NCBI GenBank assembly: GCA_032718475.1
Contig: JAUCBJ010001005.1
Location: forward strand, 10,751 to 74,750
Direction of reading: 5' to 3'
DNA from: Nemertoderma westbladi
Lineage: Eukaryota > Animalia > Xenacoelomorpha
DNA: 64,000 nucleotides
Position 1 is the stretch's first letter, and each line of letters opens with the position of its first letter. Made by a program: the position numbers and the translations under genes. The notes under the pieces were generated by a model, which saw only the letters and a list, made by a program, of their open reading frames with translations, was not told the DNA's origin and did not search any database. This document shows, piece after piece, positions 1 to 11,450 of the stretch.

Positions 1-600
1 ATTACGCCCCTTAGTGTTTATTTTGGTATAGAGCTATAGTGACGAAATCACCAGCCATTGGCCAGTATTTTTCTTTGTCCCGTAGCCTCTATGTTATTTT
101 CCCGGCCAATCAGCACAATTTTCACTTTACGGTTTCTTGAGGCCTTGTTTACATATGAATATTGAATATGCCGCAATGCGAAAAAATCATTCATTCTGAC
201 TTCTGCCCGAATACCATCAGCATCGGCAAATCGGCAAATTTAGCGTATTTCAGTACTATTGTCAGTTGCGTGAGTGTGAGCGAATAATTATACATTCCTA
301 AAGAATGTAAACACTGTGCAGTCTCATGACCATCCGTTGTAATTAGTATAAGTCATAACTCTGTGGGGTATTTAAAGCGAAGCATCTAAAGGAACTGTTG
401 TTATTGCCCTGAAAGTAAAGCATAGTTTTGTAGATTAGTAGAAATCATTCGAATAATACAGAGTAACCTACCCCATTCTCTGCTATAGAATTCAGTCTCC
501 CATACACAGTGGGTCATACGCCGTGCTAGGCTGGCTTCTACTGTACTGTGGTCATATTTTGTGGGGGCTGTCAGACATCATAGGACACATAAATTAACAG
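1..600 (+). mobile_element. Diverged LTR of the same BEL family as E1/E2; runs off the window start and continues at 6784-6815 after the Troyka insertion
   Basis: Shares blocks with the E1/E2 LTRs (cagccattgg, gccaatcag, ttagtataagtcataactctgt, ctaaaggaactgtt, ctaggctggcttct). Joined to 6784-6815 it ends ...gttaaactgttaaaggtctaaaagcgcgaaCA, matching the E1 LTR terminus. Confidence 0.75.
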
Positions 601-939
601 CGCCAGAGGGTAAAAAGAACAAGTGTCGCGGACACGTAGGTAACTGGTGTATTAACGTATAACTGATACCGGGTAATAATGTTACATATAACATAGGTAA
701 ATGGCTACAGTAGCAATACGGTCATACACATAAGCAGTATCACGGTAAAGGAGCAGGTCTGCTATCCAGCAGTCAGGGTAAAGGTGATACAGCTCCGCAA
801 GTGTGCGGAGTCAGGTAATCAGATAGTCTGACCCTGCTCACCGGGGGACCGGTCTTACACATAGCAGTATGACGTCACCCGGTGTGTTCTAACTAGTCAC
901 CACACAAGGTCTGTCAACCGGCTTGACGGTTGGCTGGCG
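601..939 (-). repeat. 3' LTR of the Troyka element
   Basis: Direct repeat of 6442-6780; preceded on the minus strand by the purine tract AAAGAAAGAAAAAAAAGGG (944-962). Confidence 0.95.
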
Positions 940-1639
940 TGATCCCTTTTTTTCTTTCTTTCTACTTATACCTTTCAATAGTTAGTTCTGCCCTTTTCGG
1001 AATTGAAAATACAAAGAGGGTGCCGGCATTGACTAATGATAAGGCTTACCTAAATTACTTTCAGTTTCTCGCGAATAGGTACGGTACGTGTTATACTACA
1101 ACTGTATGCACAATTAAATAAGGACATTTAACCAATGATCGGCTTTCCTACTAATAATACTACATATAGAATGAACAACGCATGAAGACGCCTAACTAAA
1201 TTACTTTCAGTTTCGTACGGACAAGGTCAGTCAGTTTATAGCGGATTGTAACAGATTGGCAAAAAAACAGAACTATACTAAAGGGATACAAAGTTAAGCA
1301 AACAAACTATGAGCCAATAGTAATGGCCGCTGTAATGCACGGGATACCATAAACACGTAGGAAAACTTGAGTATTGTAGTGTAATCATGGTGGAGGAAAC
1401 CCATAGTAGTCTGGTGGGTGCGTATGATGCTGAGGACGCCGGGTGTGTGGAGGCACGTTGTCCACATCGTCGAACCCGAGGAACACCTCGTCTAGGGACG
1501 AAGAGGGTAATGGGGGGCGCGCTGGTGCCGGAGGGGGTGTAGTTGGACGCACAGAAGGTACCGGAGGAGAGACCTGGTAATTTCGCTCACCCGGCGGTTC
1601 GGTGTCGGCTGGTTGTGGGGAAGGTAGACCCGCTGACCC

Positions 1640-3076
1640 CTAGTCATCGTCGTTGGACGAGGGTTCGTCGACCGCAGGTACCGAGGTATCGCGGTAGGGT
1701 AGCGATAACATTCGGGCCTGCGAACGCAGTTGGCGACCGACGAACTTCTGGACACTTACCCAGGATTGGTCCGTTGTCGCTACAATGTACCGGGGTCGGC
1801 CCTGTAGTTGCGGCGAATCGACGTGGAGGTAGACAATATCACCTACTTCTAACGGAGTATCTCTAGCGGAGCTACTGGGATGCGGATTTTTGGACTGTGC
1901 ACTATGGGGATGATTGGCCAAACGACGGCGATGTTGCTGTTCGATAAGCTCAGAATCCATGAGGGGGAGTTGAGCGCCAGTAAACTGATCGCGTTGGAGC
2001 AGAATTTCTCGGGTGGATACGCCGCTCGACCAGATACGCGCATTTAACCGGGCGACGGCGAGGGCGATGGACACAACGGAGTAGGGTCCCCCTGAGGGAT
2101 GGAGTTTAAGGAGCTCATCTTCTAATTCGCGAATGGCGTGTTCCGCGACCACCGGATTTTTGTCTTTATTTTTGGTGCGACCCAACTCAATACGGATATG
2201 GTGGGCAGATAAAACCTTGTCGCCGACTAACGCACGGAATCCGGGTGCGGGATCGGTACAGATGACTGCGTGGGGGCCGCTAAGGGGGCACACACCGATG
2301 CACAACGTGAGGAGGCTATCCCGCAACGTTGTGTGTTGTTCATCTGAGAGGAACATGGCAGCGGAGTACGACGCGGCGGTTTCGCGGAGGATGAGGATGA
2401 ACTGCCGATGGCAACGGATGACATCGGCAGCGAATGCGATTCCGATGGCGGCCGGAGGGTCACCGGATGATTGCTCGATGGATCGCCCTGGGGCGGAACG
2501 CAGCGCGGCGCATTGGGCACACTGCGAGTGGATGGATGTGATGGCTTCTTCCATGTCGAGGGCGTAGAAGTACCGCAGAAACGTAACGCGCAGCTGGGTA
2601 CGCGACGGGTGTTGCAACTCGAGGTGCAGTGATGTAAGAAGACCAGAGAGCGCATGGCGAGAGACAATGATCATTTCCCGCGGAGCCGAGAATGCGGTGT
2701 GTCGAGGAACAATGAGGAGTCCGTCCATGGCGGCGGATGCGCAGCCGATGTACCGCTTAACGTCGCGGATGGTCGTCTCCTTCTTGGAGGGATGCGTGCC
2801 CTGTGCGAGGTGCGCCTTGGCTCGACGGATAGATGCGCATTCCTGCTGGGTGACGAGCCAGGTACTACGGGTGGCGTACAAGGGACGCGCTGGAGGGGGG
2901 GGGGGGTCTTCGGTGAGAACCTCCGCACGGATGATGGGTTCGTCGGCAAGCTGATTAACGAAGTCATAGACCTGGCACTGTGGATTAACACACTCGGGAA
3001 TACTGCGACTTTGGAAGTCGGCTGGTAGGTTGCGCGAACCCTGGATATGGACCACGAGGAGTGAGAACTGGCTCAC
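1640..3076 (-). pseudogene. Troyka pol, 3' part: end of RNase H plus integrase
   Basis: HIQGSRNLPADFQSR (RNase H end); LHLELQHP..CAQC; DDE core AFAADVI / ICTDPAPGF / AEHAIRELE; GPY/F-like LEVGDIVYL..RPRYIV. Confidence 0.85.
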
Positions 3077-3099
3077 CGTGGCAAGGAAGGTTGTGAGTC

Positions 3100-4647
3100 T
3101 CAGGCTGTTGGAGTAAGCCCCATGGGTAAGTTTAGCGAACGCCTGGACGCAGGGTTTACTATCGGTGACAACAGATGTGCGGGTAGTAGCGTGAGTGATA
3201 TAGGGGGCGAAGTGATGAACAGCTGCCGCGATGCGAGTGCTTCCAATTCACAAGGAAGCCATGTACGTTGATGGGTTTGCAACTTCGTGGAGTAGAACCC
3301 GGCGACGAGGAGTTTCGACTCGCGGCGGACATATAAGACAGCGCCGAGTCCATCGATGCTGGAGGCGGCGTCGGTGACGATGAACAGCTCGTCGGAGGGC
3401 CATGGAAGAACCACAGTATGGCATGTTTTCAGGGCGGCCTGAGCGCGCCGGAACGCACAAGTCGAAGACTCCGTCCACTGAATGATATTGGTGGAAGCGC
3501 CGAGTGCGAGTTCGTCGAGGTCAGAGAGAAGTGCTGCGCAATGGGGGAGAACGCGCACGAGGACTTTATACGATCCCAGGAAGGAACGGAGGGACCGGAG
3601 AGTGTCAGGTTTATCGCAGGTTGCGTGGGCTGAAACGACATGAGACGACGCGGTCAGGGAGCCAGCAGTCCATTGCGAGCTAAGAATGGTAGTGGAAAGC
3701 GGGCAAATGACGGTCTTCTTGGGGGATAAACGTAAAGAAGAGCGTGCGAGGTCTGTGAGTAGCGCGTTAAAATTTGCGGCTAATTCGTCTATCGTGTTGC
3801 CACCACAATACAAATCGTCTGCGAGTTTACTGACGGCGCCATGCTTGATAAGTTCCCCGAGGACACGACAGATCAGTTCTTCCAAGGCGGTCTCGGATCC
3901 AGGCATACCCATGGTGCAGCGGGTATAGACTCGCACGCCGCGGAATGGTGTAACAACACCGCAGAACTTCATGGAGTTGCGACTAATGGGGATCTGGTAG
4001 AACGCACTCGCTAAATCGGTTTTAATGAGGAACTTATAGGAGCCGATTTCGCGCAGGGTAGACTCGACACTAGGGAGGAGTGATGGCTGGGGTTTAGCAT
4101 ACCGGGCGATCTCGTTAAAGGCTGTAACGAGACGAGTTCCTCCGTTGGGTTTGGCGACGAGGAAGGAGGGACTGAGATACTCCACATGTACCCCTGTGTG
4201 TTCGGGTGTAGCGAAGACACCGCGTTGTTCAAGTTCATCGAACCGGTCCTGCAACTCGACGAGGCGGTTGCGGCCGTATTGGGGTACGCGTCCTTTCTGT
4301 TGAGGGGGTAGAGTTGGTCCCATTTTGACAACGGCTTCGTAAGGGCCCGCGGCGCCGTTATATCCGGGGTACTCGGCTTCGAATACCGTGGAGTGCGCGG
4401 CGAGGACGTCGGAAAACTGGCAGCGTTCAGCGCTGGTGAGGATGTTGTCGGGGTCTAAGCGTACGCCGTCGACGGAACGGGGGTTGGGGCGATGGGTAGA
4501 GCGCGATGCAGGCGGTGGGACTGTATCAACGGCAGCGGTCGGTATTGCCGCCGGTTGGATGGGTGTTGCCAAGCAAACGTGAGAGTTCCGTTTGATCCTG
4601 ACGGGGATCTGGGTGACGTTGCGGATGGCGATGGAACCGTCGCACAC
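3100..4647 (-). pseudogene. Troyka pol: reverse transcriptase and start of RNase H
   Basis: SPSFLVAKPNGGTRLV, KTDLASAFYQIPI, MGMPGSE, catalytic LADDL, VTDAAS, WLPCELEAL; frameshifted at both ends. Confidence 0.9.
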
Positions 4648-5143
4648 TTCGGCAAGGAACGGTTGGAACCAGTGGATGGTGGTGGGATGGATGGGGTGCC
4701 AGTAAGAGGGGCATGGTACTCGCTACCGGTAGAGTGAGATCCGCATCTGGCCAGACTACGATGGACTGGGTAGATGCACATACCAGTGTGGACTCGGGTC
4801 TTTGCGGGCGCGTGGAGGTTGAGTGCTGGACTCCGAAGGGTATTGTGGTGCCGTCCGGTAGGGTAATCGTCATATGGGCGGGACGTAGCGTTATATCATT
4901 GCGGTATAGGAACGGCATTCCACAAATGATGGGACATCCGAGCTCCGGGACGACGAGACCGTTAAACTCGAAGGGAATCGAGCCACGGTGGACGACGAAA
5001 CGCGTTTCGCCGGTAACCTTCATCTTAGACTGTCCATCGGCCTGTTCGGGAACCTGGCAACTACTCGGGGAGATATGGACGCCCAGCTGGCGGGCGAACG
5101 CCTCCCAGATGAGATTGGATTCTGCGCCACTGTCGAGTAGCAA
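4526..5143 (-). pseudogene. Troyka aspartic protease
   Basis: LLDSGAESN active-site motif and IICGMPFL. Confidence 0.85.
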
Positions 5144-5159
5144 TCAAAGTGGACGGGAC

Positions 5160-6200
5160 TGATAATCGGCTTCCAAGACGGGGGAACGCATCACAGCAAC
5201 TCGGTGGGCCGCTGGTGGTTGGTTGTTACTCATTGGGGAATCATCGGGGGGCTCGAACTCGTCATTGGAACTAGCGGAATCGGCGATATTGATGGCGCGA
5301 GTCCGGATGAGGAACTGTTTATCCTGATCGGGGAGGAATGGGCAGGTACTGAGGAAGTGGTCGAAGTCCTTGCGTTGCGCCTGCTTGCACAGGGGGCAAA
5401 CCCGGGCAGGTTGTGTGCGGTTCTGTAAACTGGCGCGGGTGGCGCGGGGCGACCTCCGTCATCTGGGAGCAGAACGTGCGCACGTCGGCTGACACGCGGA
5501 GCTCCTCCAAGAGGGACAGCATCGCCTAGCTGATCTCGGCCTTGACGGAAGCCAAGGTGCGGGAACGAAGTTCGCAGCCATATCGTTGCTTAACCAACGC
5601 CGGTAATTCCTTGTGGATGAGACATAACCAAGTCAACACAAGGAAGTTCTCCACTGTGGGGGAGATCTCCTCGGCGGCGGCGGGGAGCTCGCCATCATGG
5701 GTAATGCCCCCGAGGGGTGAGAGGAGGTTGTCATCAAAAAATGCTGTGAGATGTTGGAAAAGGTCTTCATGGCGTTCCTCGTGTTCGAGGTGGATGGTGG
5801 AGAGATCTAGGAAGTGGGAGCCTGTCCATTGAAAACCGTAATGTAATCGGAGGGCCTGCCAGACGTATGAGAGAGATGTTGATTTTAGTACGATGGTGTT
5901 ACGCGCGATAACCTGCGCGTAGTTGGCGATTTGGCCCAGCATGAACTCGAGGGAGATGAGTTGTTGCTGCGCGGTACGTCGTTGGGCGTCCGGAACACCG
6001 GCGGCGTCGTCGACGAGACCCCGGGTCGGACTCGCAGGAGAAGCCTTCTCCCATACTGCGCCAGCGGCAGTAAACCGCGCAAACTCTGGGTCGAGAGACA
6101 GACTATAAATCAATGTCTGGCGCCAGGACTCGAATGACGTGATGGATTCCTGAGTAGTGAGTTTAACTAAACGTGGAGCCTTTAGGTGTTGATTCGCCAT
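5160..6200 (-). pseudogene. Troyka gag, interrupted by a stop and frameshifts
   Basis: ORF 5526-6200 ([19 protein letters not shown]..) lies just downstream of the PBS and upstream of the protease; continuation fragment 5319-5522. Confidence 0.75.
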
Positions 6201-6424
6201 GGTGAATGGTAGATCGGGTTGGGTACTGCGTGAGTCCGCAGTACCGGTTAGGTAGGTAGTAGCCTAACTGGTGGGTAGATCGCCAGTAGGTACCGGTAAC
6301 GGCTGACTGGATAGCAGGAAGACGACAGAGGGAGCTCCAACCCCGGGTCGCCTGGTGAAGAGAACGTGTAGCGACTCTGACTTGCTGCTGACAGGCTGAC
6401 TGGCTGAGGAGTGAGAATCGAACT

Positions 6425-6441
6425 CCGAAACGTTGCCACCA
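6425..6441 (-). promoter_or_regulatory. tRNA primer-binding site of the Troyka element (possibly tRNA-Leu)
   Basis: TGGTGGCAACG.. immediately after the 5' LTR, complementary to a tRNA 3' end ..TGCCACCA; tRNA identity is tentative. Confidence 0.7.
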
Positions 6442-6780
6442 CGCCAGAGGGTAAAAAGAACCAATGTCGCGGACACGTAGGTAACTGGTGTATTAACGTA
6501 TAACTGATACCGGGTAATAATGTTACATATAACATAGGTAAATGGCTACAGTAGCAATATGGTCATACACATAAGCAGTATCACGGTAAAGGAGCAGGTC
6601 TGCTATCCAGCAGTCAGGGTAAAGGTGATACAGCTCCGCAAGTGTGCGGAGCCAGGTAATCAGATAGTCGGACCCTGCTCACCGGGGGACCGGTCTTACA
6701 CGTAGCAGTATGACGTCACCCGGTGTGTTCTAACTAGTCACCACTCAAGGTCTGTCAACCGGCTTGACGGTTGGCTGGCG
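6442..6780 (-). repeat. 5' LTR of the Troyka element
   Basis: Direct repeat of 601-939, followed on the minus strand by the PBS. Confidence 0.95.
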
Positions 6781-6829
6781 CAGGTTAAACTGTTAAAGGT
6801 CTAAAAGCGCGAACAAAATGTTTGAAAGA

Positions 6830-7510
6830 TTATGTCTGAAGTTTGGTCAAAAATCAGACAGTCTGTCTGACGGTACCTTGTAGTTTCAGTTTGAATAAAA
6901 ACCGTAATAAATCGGCTAATCATTCCTGAAATTAAACCAAACTTGGTATGGTTGGTAAGTTATGTATGTAGTCCGTCGAAAGTTTACAAAGAATCTGAAG
7001 TTTGGTCAAAAATCAGACTGTCTGTCAGTCCGTATCGTTAGTTTCAGACTTTTGATAAACCCAAATAAGTTGGCCAATCTTTGATGAAATTAAACCAAAC
7101 TTGGTACTATATGCAGTCTCGTGTTGCTCGAAGACAACACGGACGTGTATTGACTGTCAGCTGGAATTATATCAAGGGACCTTGAATTATTCTCAGGTAA
7201 TATTTGTTGGGCGAGCCACGAAGTTGACAGAGTCTTATCGAACTGATTATGTTAGGGGGGGTAAGGACAAATAGTTGTTGTCGTTGTCATGCTAACAAGA
7301 CTTTTGAAGACCATCAGATAAACAGTCTTTCGCTAAAGGACTACAAACCTAAATATTAAGTGTCCTCCTATTTCTTTGCTTTTAATCCGTTCTAGCTGAA
7401 ACTTGGAATTTGTACAAAACCACTAGCTGTGTCATTTGAAGGTGGCTAATCCGGCTGCAGTTCTCTGGTCAGCTGCTGGAGGGCGAAATGTCTCAAAGTG
7501 AAATCCTTGA
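6830..7510. repeat. Interspersed repeat family B (possibly Helentron/DINE-like non-autonomous); related pieces at ~9963-10320 and ~21682-21870
   Basis: Recurring gggcgagccacg start, gtctgtctg tracts and gaaattaaaccaaacttggta motif; two ~165-bp tandem units at 6830-7110. Confidence 0.45.
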
Positions 7511-7796
7511 CCCATCTCGTTATTTATGATCCGTTCAAGCTGAAACTTGTTACATACTGTGTGTGCTAGAAGAGAACATATGTCTTTGTGGGGTCGGTAT
7601 GAAAGTGAACCTTCTTCCATTTCCTTGATCCTAATTGACTTCTCCAATCATCCCGAATAATAATCGGTACACAAACTGGTGACACTTTAAGGCGCACGGT
7701 ACGGTAGGCCCTACTGTGCCACACTACTGTAGCTCCTAGGCCTACACTACTATCAATTATTATTTTCTCTTTGTTAACAATTATATTACTTTTTAG

Positions 7797-7934
7797 ATGA
7801 TGTGGGAGAATACCAGAAAGGTGGGGTGCGCTATTAAAACATGTGGGGAGTACAAACGATACGCGTTCGCAGCGTGCGATTATTACCCAGCAGGGAACGT
7901 GATTGGAGAATTTCCGTACCGAACCAAATCATAA
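7797..7934 (+). CDS. Terminal exon of a paralogous CAP/SCP gene (upstream exons not identified in the window)
   Basis: Near-identical to 14480-14614, including the ttttag acceptor and the downstream UTR; encodes MMWENTRKVGCAIKTCGEYKRYAFAACDYYPAGNVIGEFPYRTKS*. Confidence 0.7.
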   Translation: MMWENTRKVGCAIKTCGEYKRYAFAACDYYPAGNVIGEFPYRTKS

Positions 7935-9103
7935 ACATTTTTGGAATTTACAGTATATGTTTAGAACTACTGTAGATTAAAAGGAGTAACTTTATCTTGG
8001 TGGTGGATAGCAGTGTAGCATAGGGAAATAATCAATTACTGCACATTAAATTAGGGAGGTGAAAGGTTCGTCATTTTGGGTCATGGGTAAAATGGTCACT
8101 GTGTAGTAAATAGACAATAACTTTTGATATGTTAATTGCATCTACTAAATAGCCCCACTAGTGTAGGTATACTTCAAATGATTCGCTGTAGGCAGGGTTC
8201 TAAATGTTTTTTATGTCAATCATGTTATGTTCTCTGGTAGTTTACTAAGTAATAAACTACACTTCTCCATAAAACATTTATAATAGAAATGTCCAGTGCA
8301 GTGCAGTGCAGTGTAGTGCAGTGCAGTCAAGTGTTGTATAGATAGATAGACCTAATTATCATTTATTGAGTCGTAATCAAATATGTAATTATTAATTTCA
8401 TTCAGACATATACAGTGCCTTAATGAAATTCTCAACTAGTAATGAAATAATAATGATTGCATCTAGTTTGTAATAAAGAATCCTGTGATTGCATGGAAAT
8501 TATAATTATGTATTTTTAACGACCCTAAATAATTTTTGTGAATACTGTAAATGTCTTTCCAAATTCCACAATTCAATTTTCGCTCATTATTCGCCAGAAT
8601 AATTTTCACAATACATTTTAAAGGTTGAATAAAATTTATATTTTTAGAGAATAACAAATATTTTAATTGGGTGCAACTTGTGGCTCATTCAATGTATTTT
8701 ATCGATTGCCACCCGGTATGAATTTAGCATATAAAGCCATTTTCAAAAGTAAAGTCTAATAAAAAATCTAATTTCCGTATCTACTGCTTCTAAAATAGTA
8801 ACATTCATTCAGGTACGTGCAGCAAAAACAAGCAGCATTAGTTAGTGGCGTGAATGAACGTTTAGCACTGCAACTTTTACAGGGGCGGGGAACTTATTTT
8901 GTCTATTATTTTGGATTGGGACTGTAGCTGTGATTACGGGCCAGTTAGTCCCAACAACCCCAGTGGTGCCAGCTCTTATGCCATGCGTTGGTTAGTTCGA
9001 TAGACTGACGGCGACAGCCTGGCTGGTGAAGCCTTTGAAGATGTGCAAGAAGATTACCTATTTATAAACGGAATTTTGCAATAGCAGCTGCATTAAGAAC
9101 TTC

Positions 9104-9325
9104 TTAACGAGTAATCAACAAAATTGCACCTCCACAACTCCCTATCCCCTTGGCTTTCGCGAGATTATCCGCATCTTCAAGGCCAGTGTCCTTTAAGATG
9201 CGTTTCAAGAAAGTCAGGGGCTGTCCACCATGCTTATTTTCTCCATGGGGCTGAATAAGCACAAGATTGTGCACTGGCTGGTCCTCACGGCGAAAGCAAT
9301 GTCCTGCAAAGCGAAGACGGCAGTA
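9104..9325 (-). mobile_element. 3' fragment of an RTE-like non-LTR retrotransposon
   Basis: LRFAGHCFRREDQPVHNLVL..LTFLKRILKDTGL, typical of a post-RT C-terminus; related to 13600-13990. Confidence 0.6.
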
Positions 9326-10751
9326 TCCTCCAAAGCGAACATGTAAGTCGACCTTGGCGTAGTAGTCGCCCAAGCCGCCTTGGTATAGTGGCTATCCCTA
9401 ACCTGGCTTGCCTGGCACTTATTTGTTTACAAGTTTAGGGTGGTTGGTTTGATTAGAACCAAAAAAATAACGGAAGTGTTAACTGAAACGTAATGTGTTT
9501 CAATATTTTAGTAGGTTAAACTAAGTTACTCGCTGGTATCCGCCATGTTTAGCGAATATTTTGGGTGATGAATGACATTTCTGGCCTCATTTTTACAGGA
9601 TATTTTTTGGTATAGTTTTGTTACGAAAATGAAACGACTTAAAAAGGTTGTACGTTATTATTCAATGGATCACAGTACAACACATTCTGCTGTGTACCGC
9701 AGGGACAGTGCTACACCGTTGAGTGTGAATGACCCAGCGGTATTCGAGCGGTGTCTGAGAGGTAAATAAAAAATAATCTTGATTATTCTGACTGTGAACG
9801 AACCAATATGTAGTTGTGCGGTACACCGCATGGCTTACCGCTGCCTTTCGAAATAATGATAACAAAACAACTGTCTAGACAGTTCAATTATATGTGAACA
9901 TGAAGGCGACCGGATTCCGGACCAGATTCCGGTACCGTTGAGTGTGAACGGGCTCTAGGTTGTGTGGGGCGAACCACGCAAGTCCAGGTGAGCCTTAGCG
10001 TAGTCGTCGTCTGTCGTCGTAAATGTTTGAACGCCAATAAGTCGGTCAATCATTGATGAAATGGAACCAAACTTGGAAACACATGTTGTCTATCAAAAGT
10101 TTAGCAATCTTACATAGGGAGACTTCTGTAGTTCATCTGTCTGCAGCTAGTGGGCGAATTGACAGAAACGTTAAAGTAGCTGTAATTATAGAACCATCCA
10201 TAAGATTTATATGAAATTTGGTAGGAGTGACCTACGGTCATTGCTGAAATTCTGCTCACAGACAGACTTTGACAGTTCCTCTGTCTGCCGCTAGGGGGCG
10301 AATGACTAGGTCCACTAATTGTACTTCAACGCAGAGGCTCATCTGGACTTACGTGCTGCACGAAGACCCCACGTACCCACGTACGTGTAATGCTGGCTTA
10401 CCGCTTCAGTACGCAGTGCTAACTAGTTGAAAGTTCAACTACATTGTTAAATTGTCATTTGATGTTACTGCATTTTTAGTAAAGTGGTTTTATTTAACTT
10501 GTCCCTGCGATTTTAGTTAGTTAACGGTTTTTTTTAGTTGACTTTCAACTAAAATCTAACTAAATTCCGAAAGCTGAAAGCTTTCGGGTTTATAGAGTTT
10601 CTATGTCCAAAATTGTCCTTTGACTGTTCTGAACCATCTCATCGAGAGTCTCGTCTGAATGTTCTGAACAAAATGTACTGAAAAACAAACAAACTGAATG
10701 TTCTGAATGTTCTGAACAATAACAGTAATAAATACCTATTGTTAAGTTAAC

Positions 10752-10987
10752 GGGGTAGCTCAGTTGGTTGAGCGCCGGGCCTGCAATCTTTGGTTGTAGG
10801 TTCAGTCCCGCCAGGGTCCACTCAGCCTTTCATCCACTGGGGTCGATAAAATGAGTACCAGTTAAGTAACTGGGAGCAAATCTTGGGATAGGAGTAGCGC
10901 CCACCCCTACCCTCGGGTAGCAGCTATCGAAAGAGGAGCCTTCGGGTTGCCTCCGGCTTCGGCCGACTGTTTGCTTGCTTGCTTGCT
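10752..10987 (+). mobile_element. tRNA-derived SINE (family 1) with Nin/Deu-like core and (GCTT)n tail
   Basis: A box TAGCTCAGTTGG, B-box-like GGTTCAGTCCC, core CACTCAGCCTTTCATCC..GGTCGATAAAATGAGTACCAG, 13-bp TSD TTGTTAAGTTAAC. Confidence 0.85.
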
Positions 10988-11450
10988 TTGTTAAGTTAAC
11001 ATAGTGTTAATCATATGAAAAGTCAAAGTCATACTCAATATACAGTAGTTTGTGAGGTGTTGCGAAACGGCAATAACAACCGTTGCTATGGTTACCTGAA
11101 ATATTCACTACTTGGTATTTAGTTAAGTTTTAGTTGAATTTTCAACTAGTTAACTTGTCATTTATATTAATTTTTTTATTTGGGTTTATTTAATTTGTCA
11201 TTACAAAATTAGTTGAAAAGCGCTGTCAGTACCGCTAGATCAACCATTGGTACCAAACTACCTGTCAACAGATACGTAGTTTACCGCTCACCCACCTGTG
11301 AGTGTGAACGAGCTTTAATTTAGTTAATGTGGAAACATTAGCAAAAGGTACCAGTATATTATTTAGTTTAAGTTAACTTTGTTCCAAATATAAACTACAT
11401 GTATGTTTGTTTACCTTCCAGAACAGGAGACGTATTGAGAAAAACTGACG

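Larger units (their letters stand above)
601..6780 (-). mobile_element. Gypsy-superfamily LTR retrotransposon of Troyka type; full-length but degenerate
   Basis: 339-bp LTRs (601-939, 6442-6780) with about 7 mismatches; termini CGCCAG...CTGGCG; 3-bp TSD CAG (598-600, 6781-6783); domain order gag-PR-RT-RH-IN; PBS and PPT present. Confidence 0.9.

Noticed and set aside
4560-4790. dUTPase between Troyka PR and RT
   Set aside because: Only vague beta-rich similarity; dUTPase catalytic motifs are not recognisable.
10752-10825. Functional tRNA gene (also 12220-12284, 59640-59710, ~62420-62500)
   Set aside because: No complete cloverleaf; the heads continue into SINE core/tail sequence or are degenerate.
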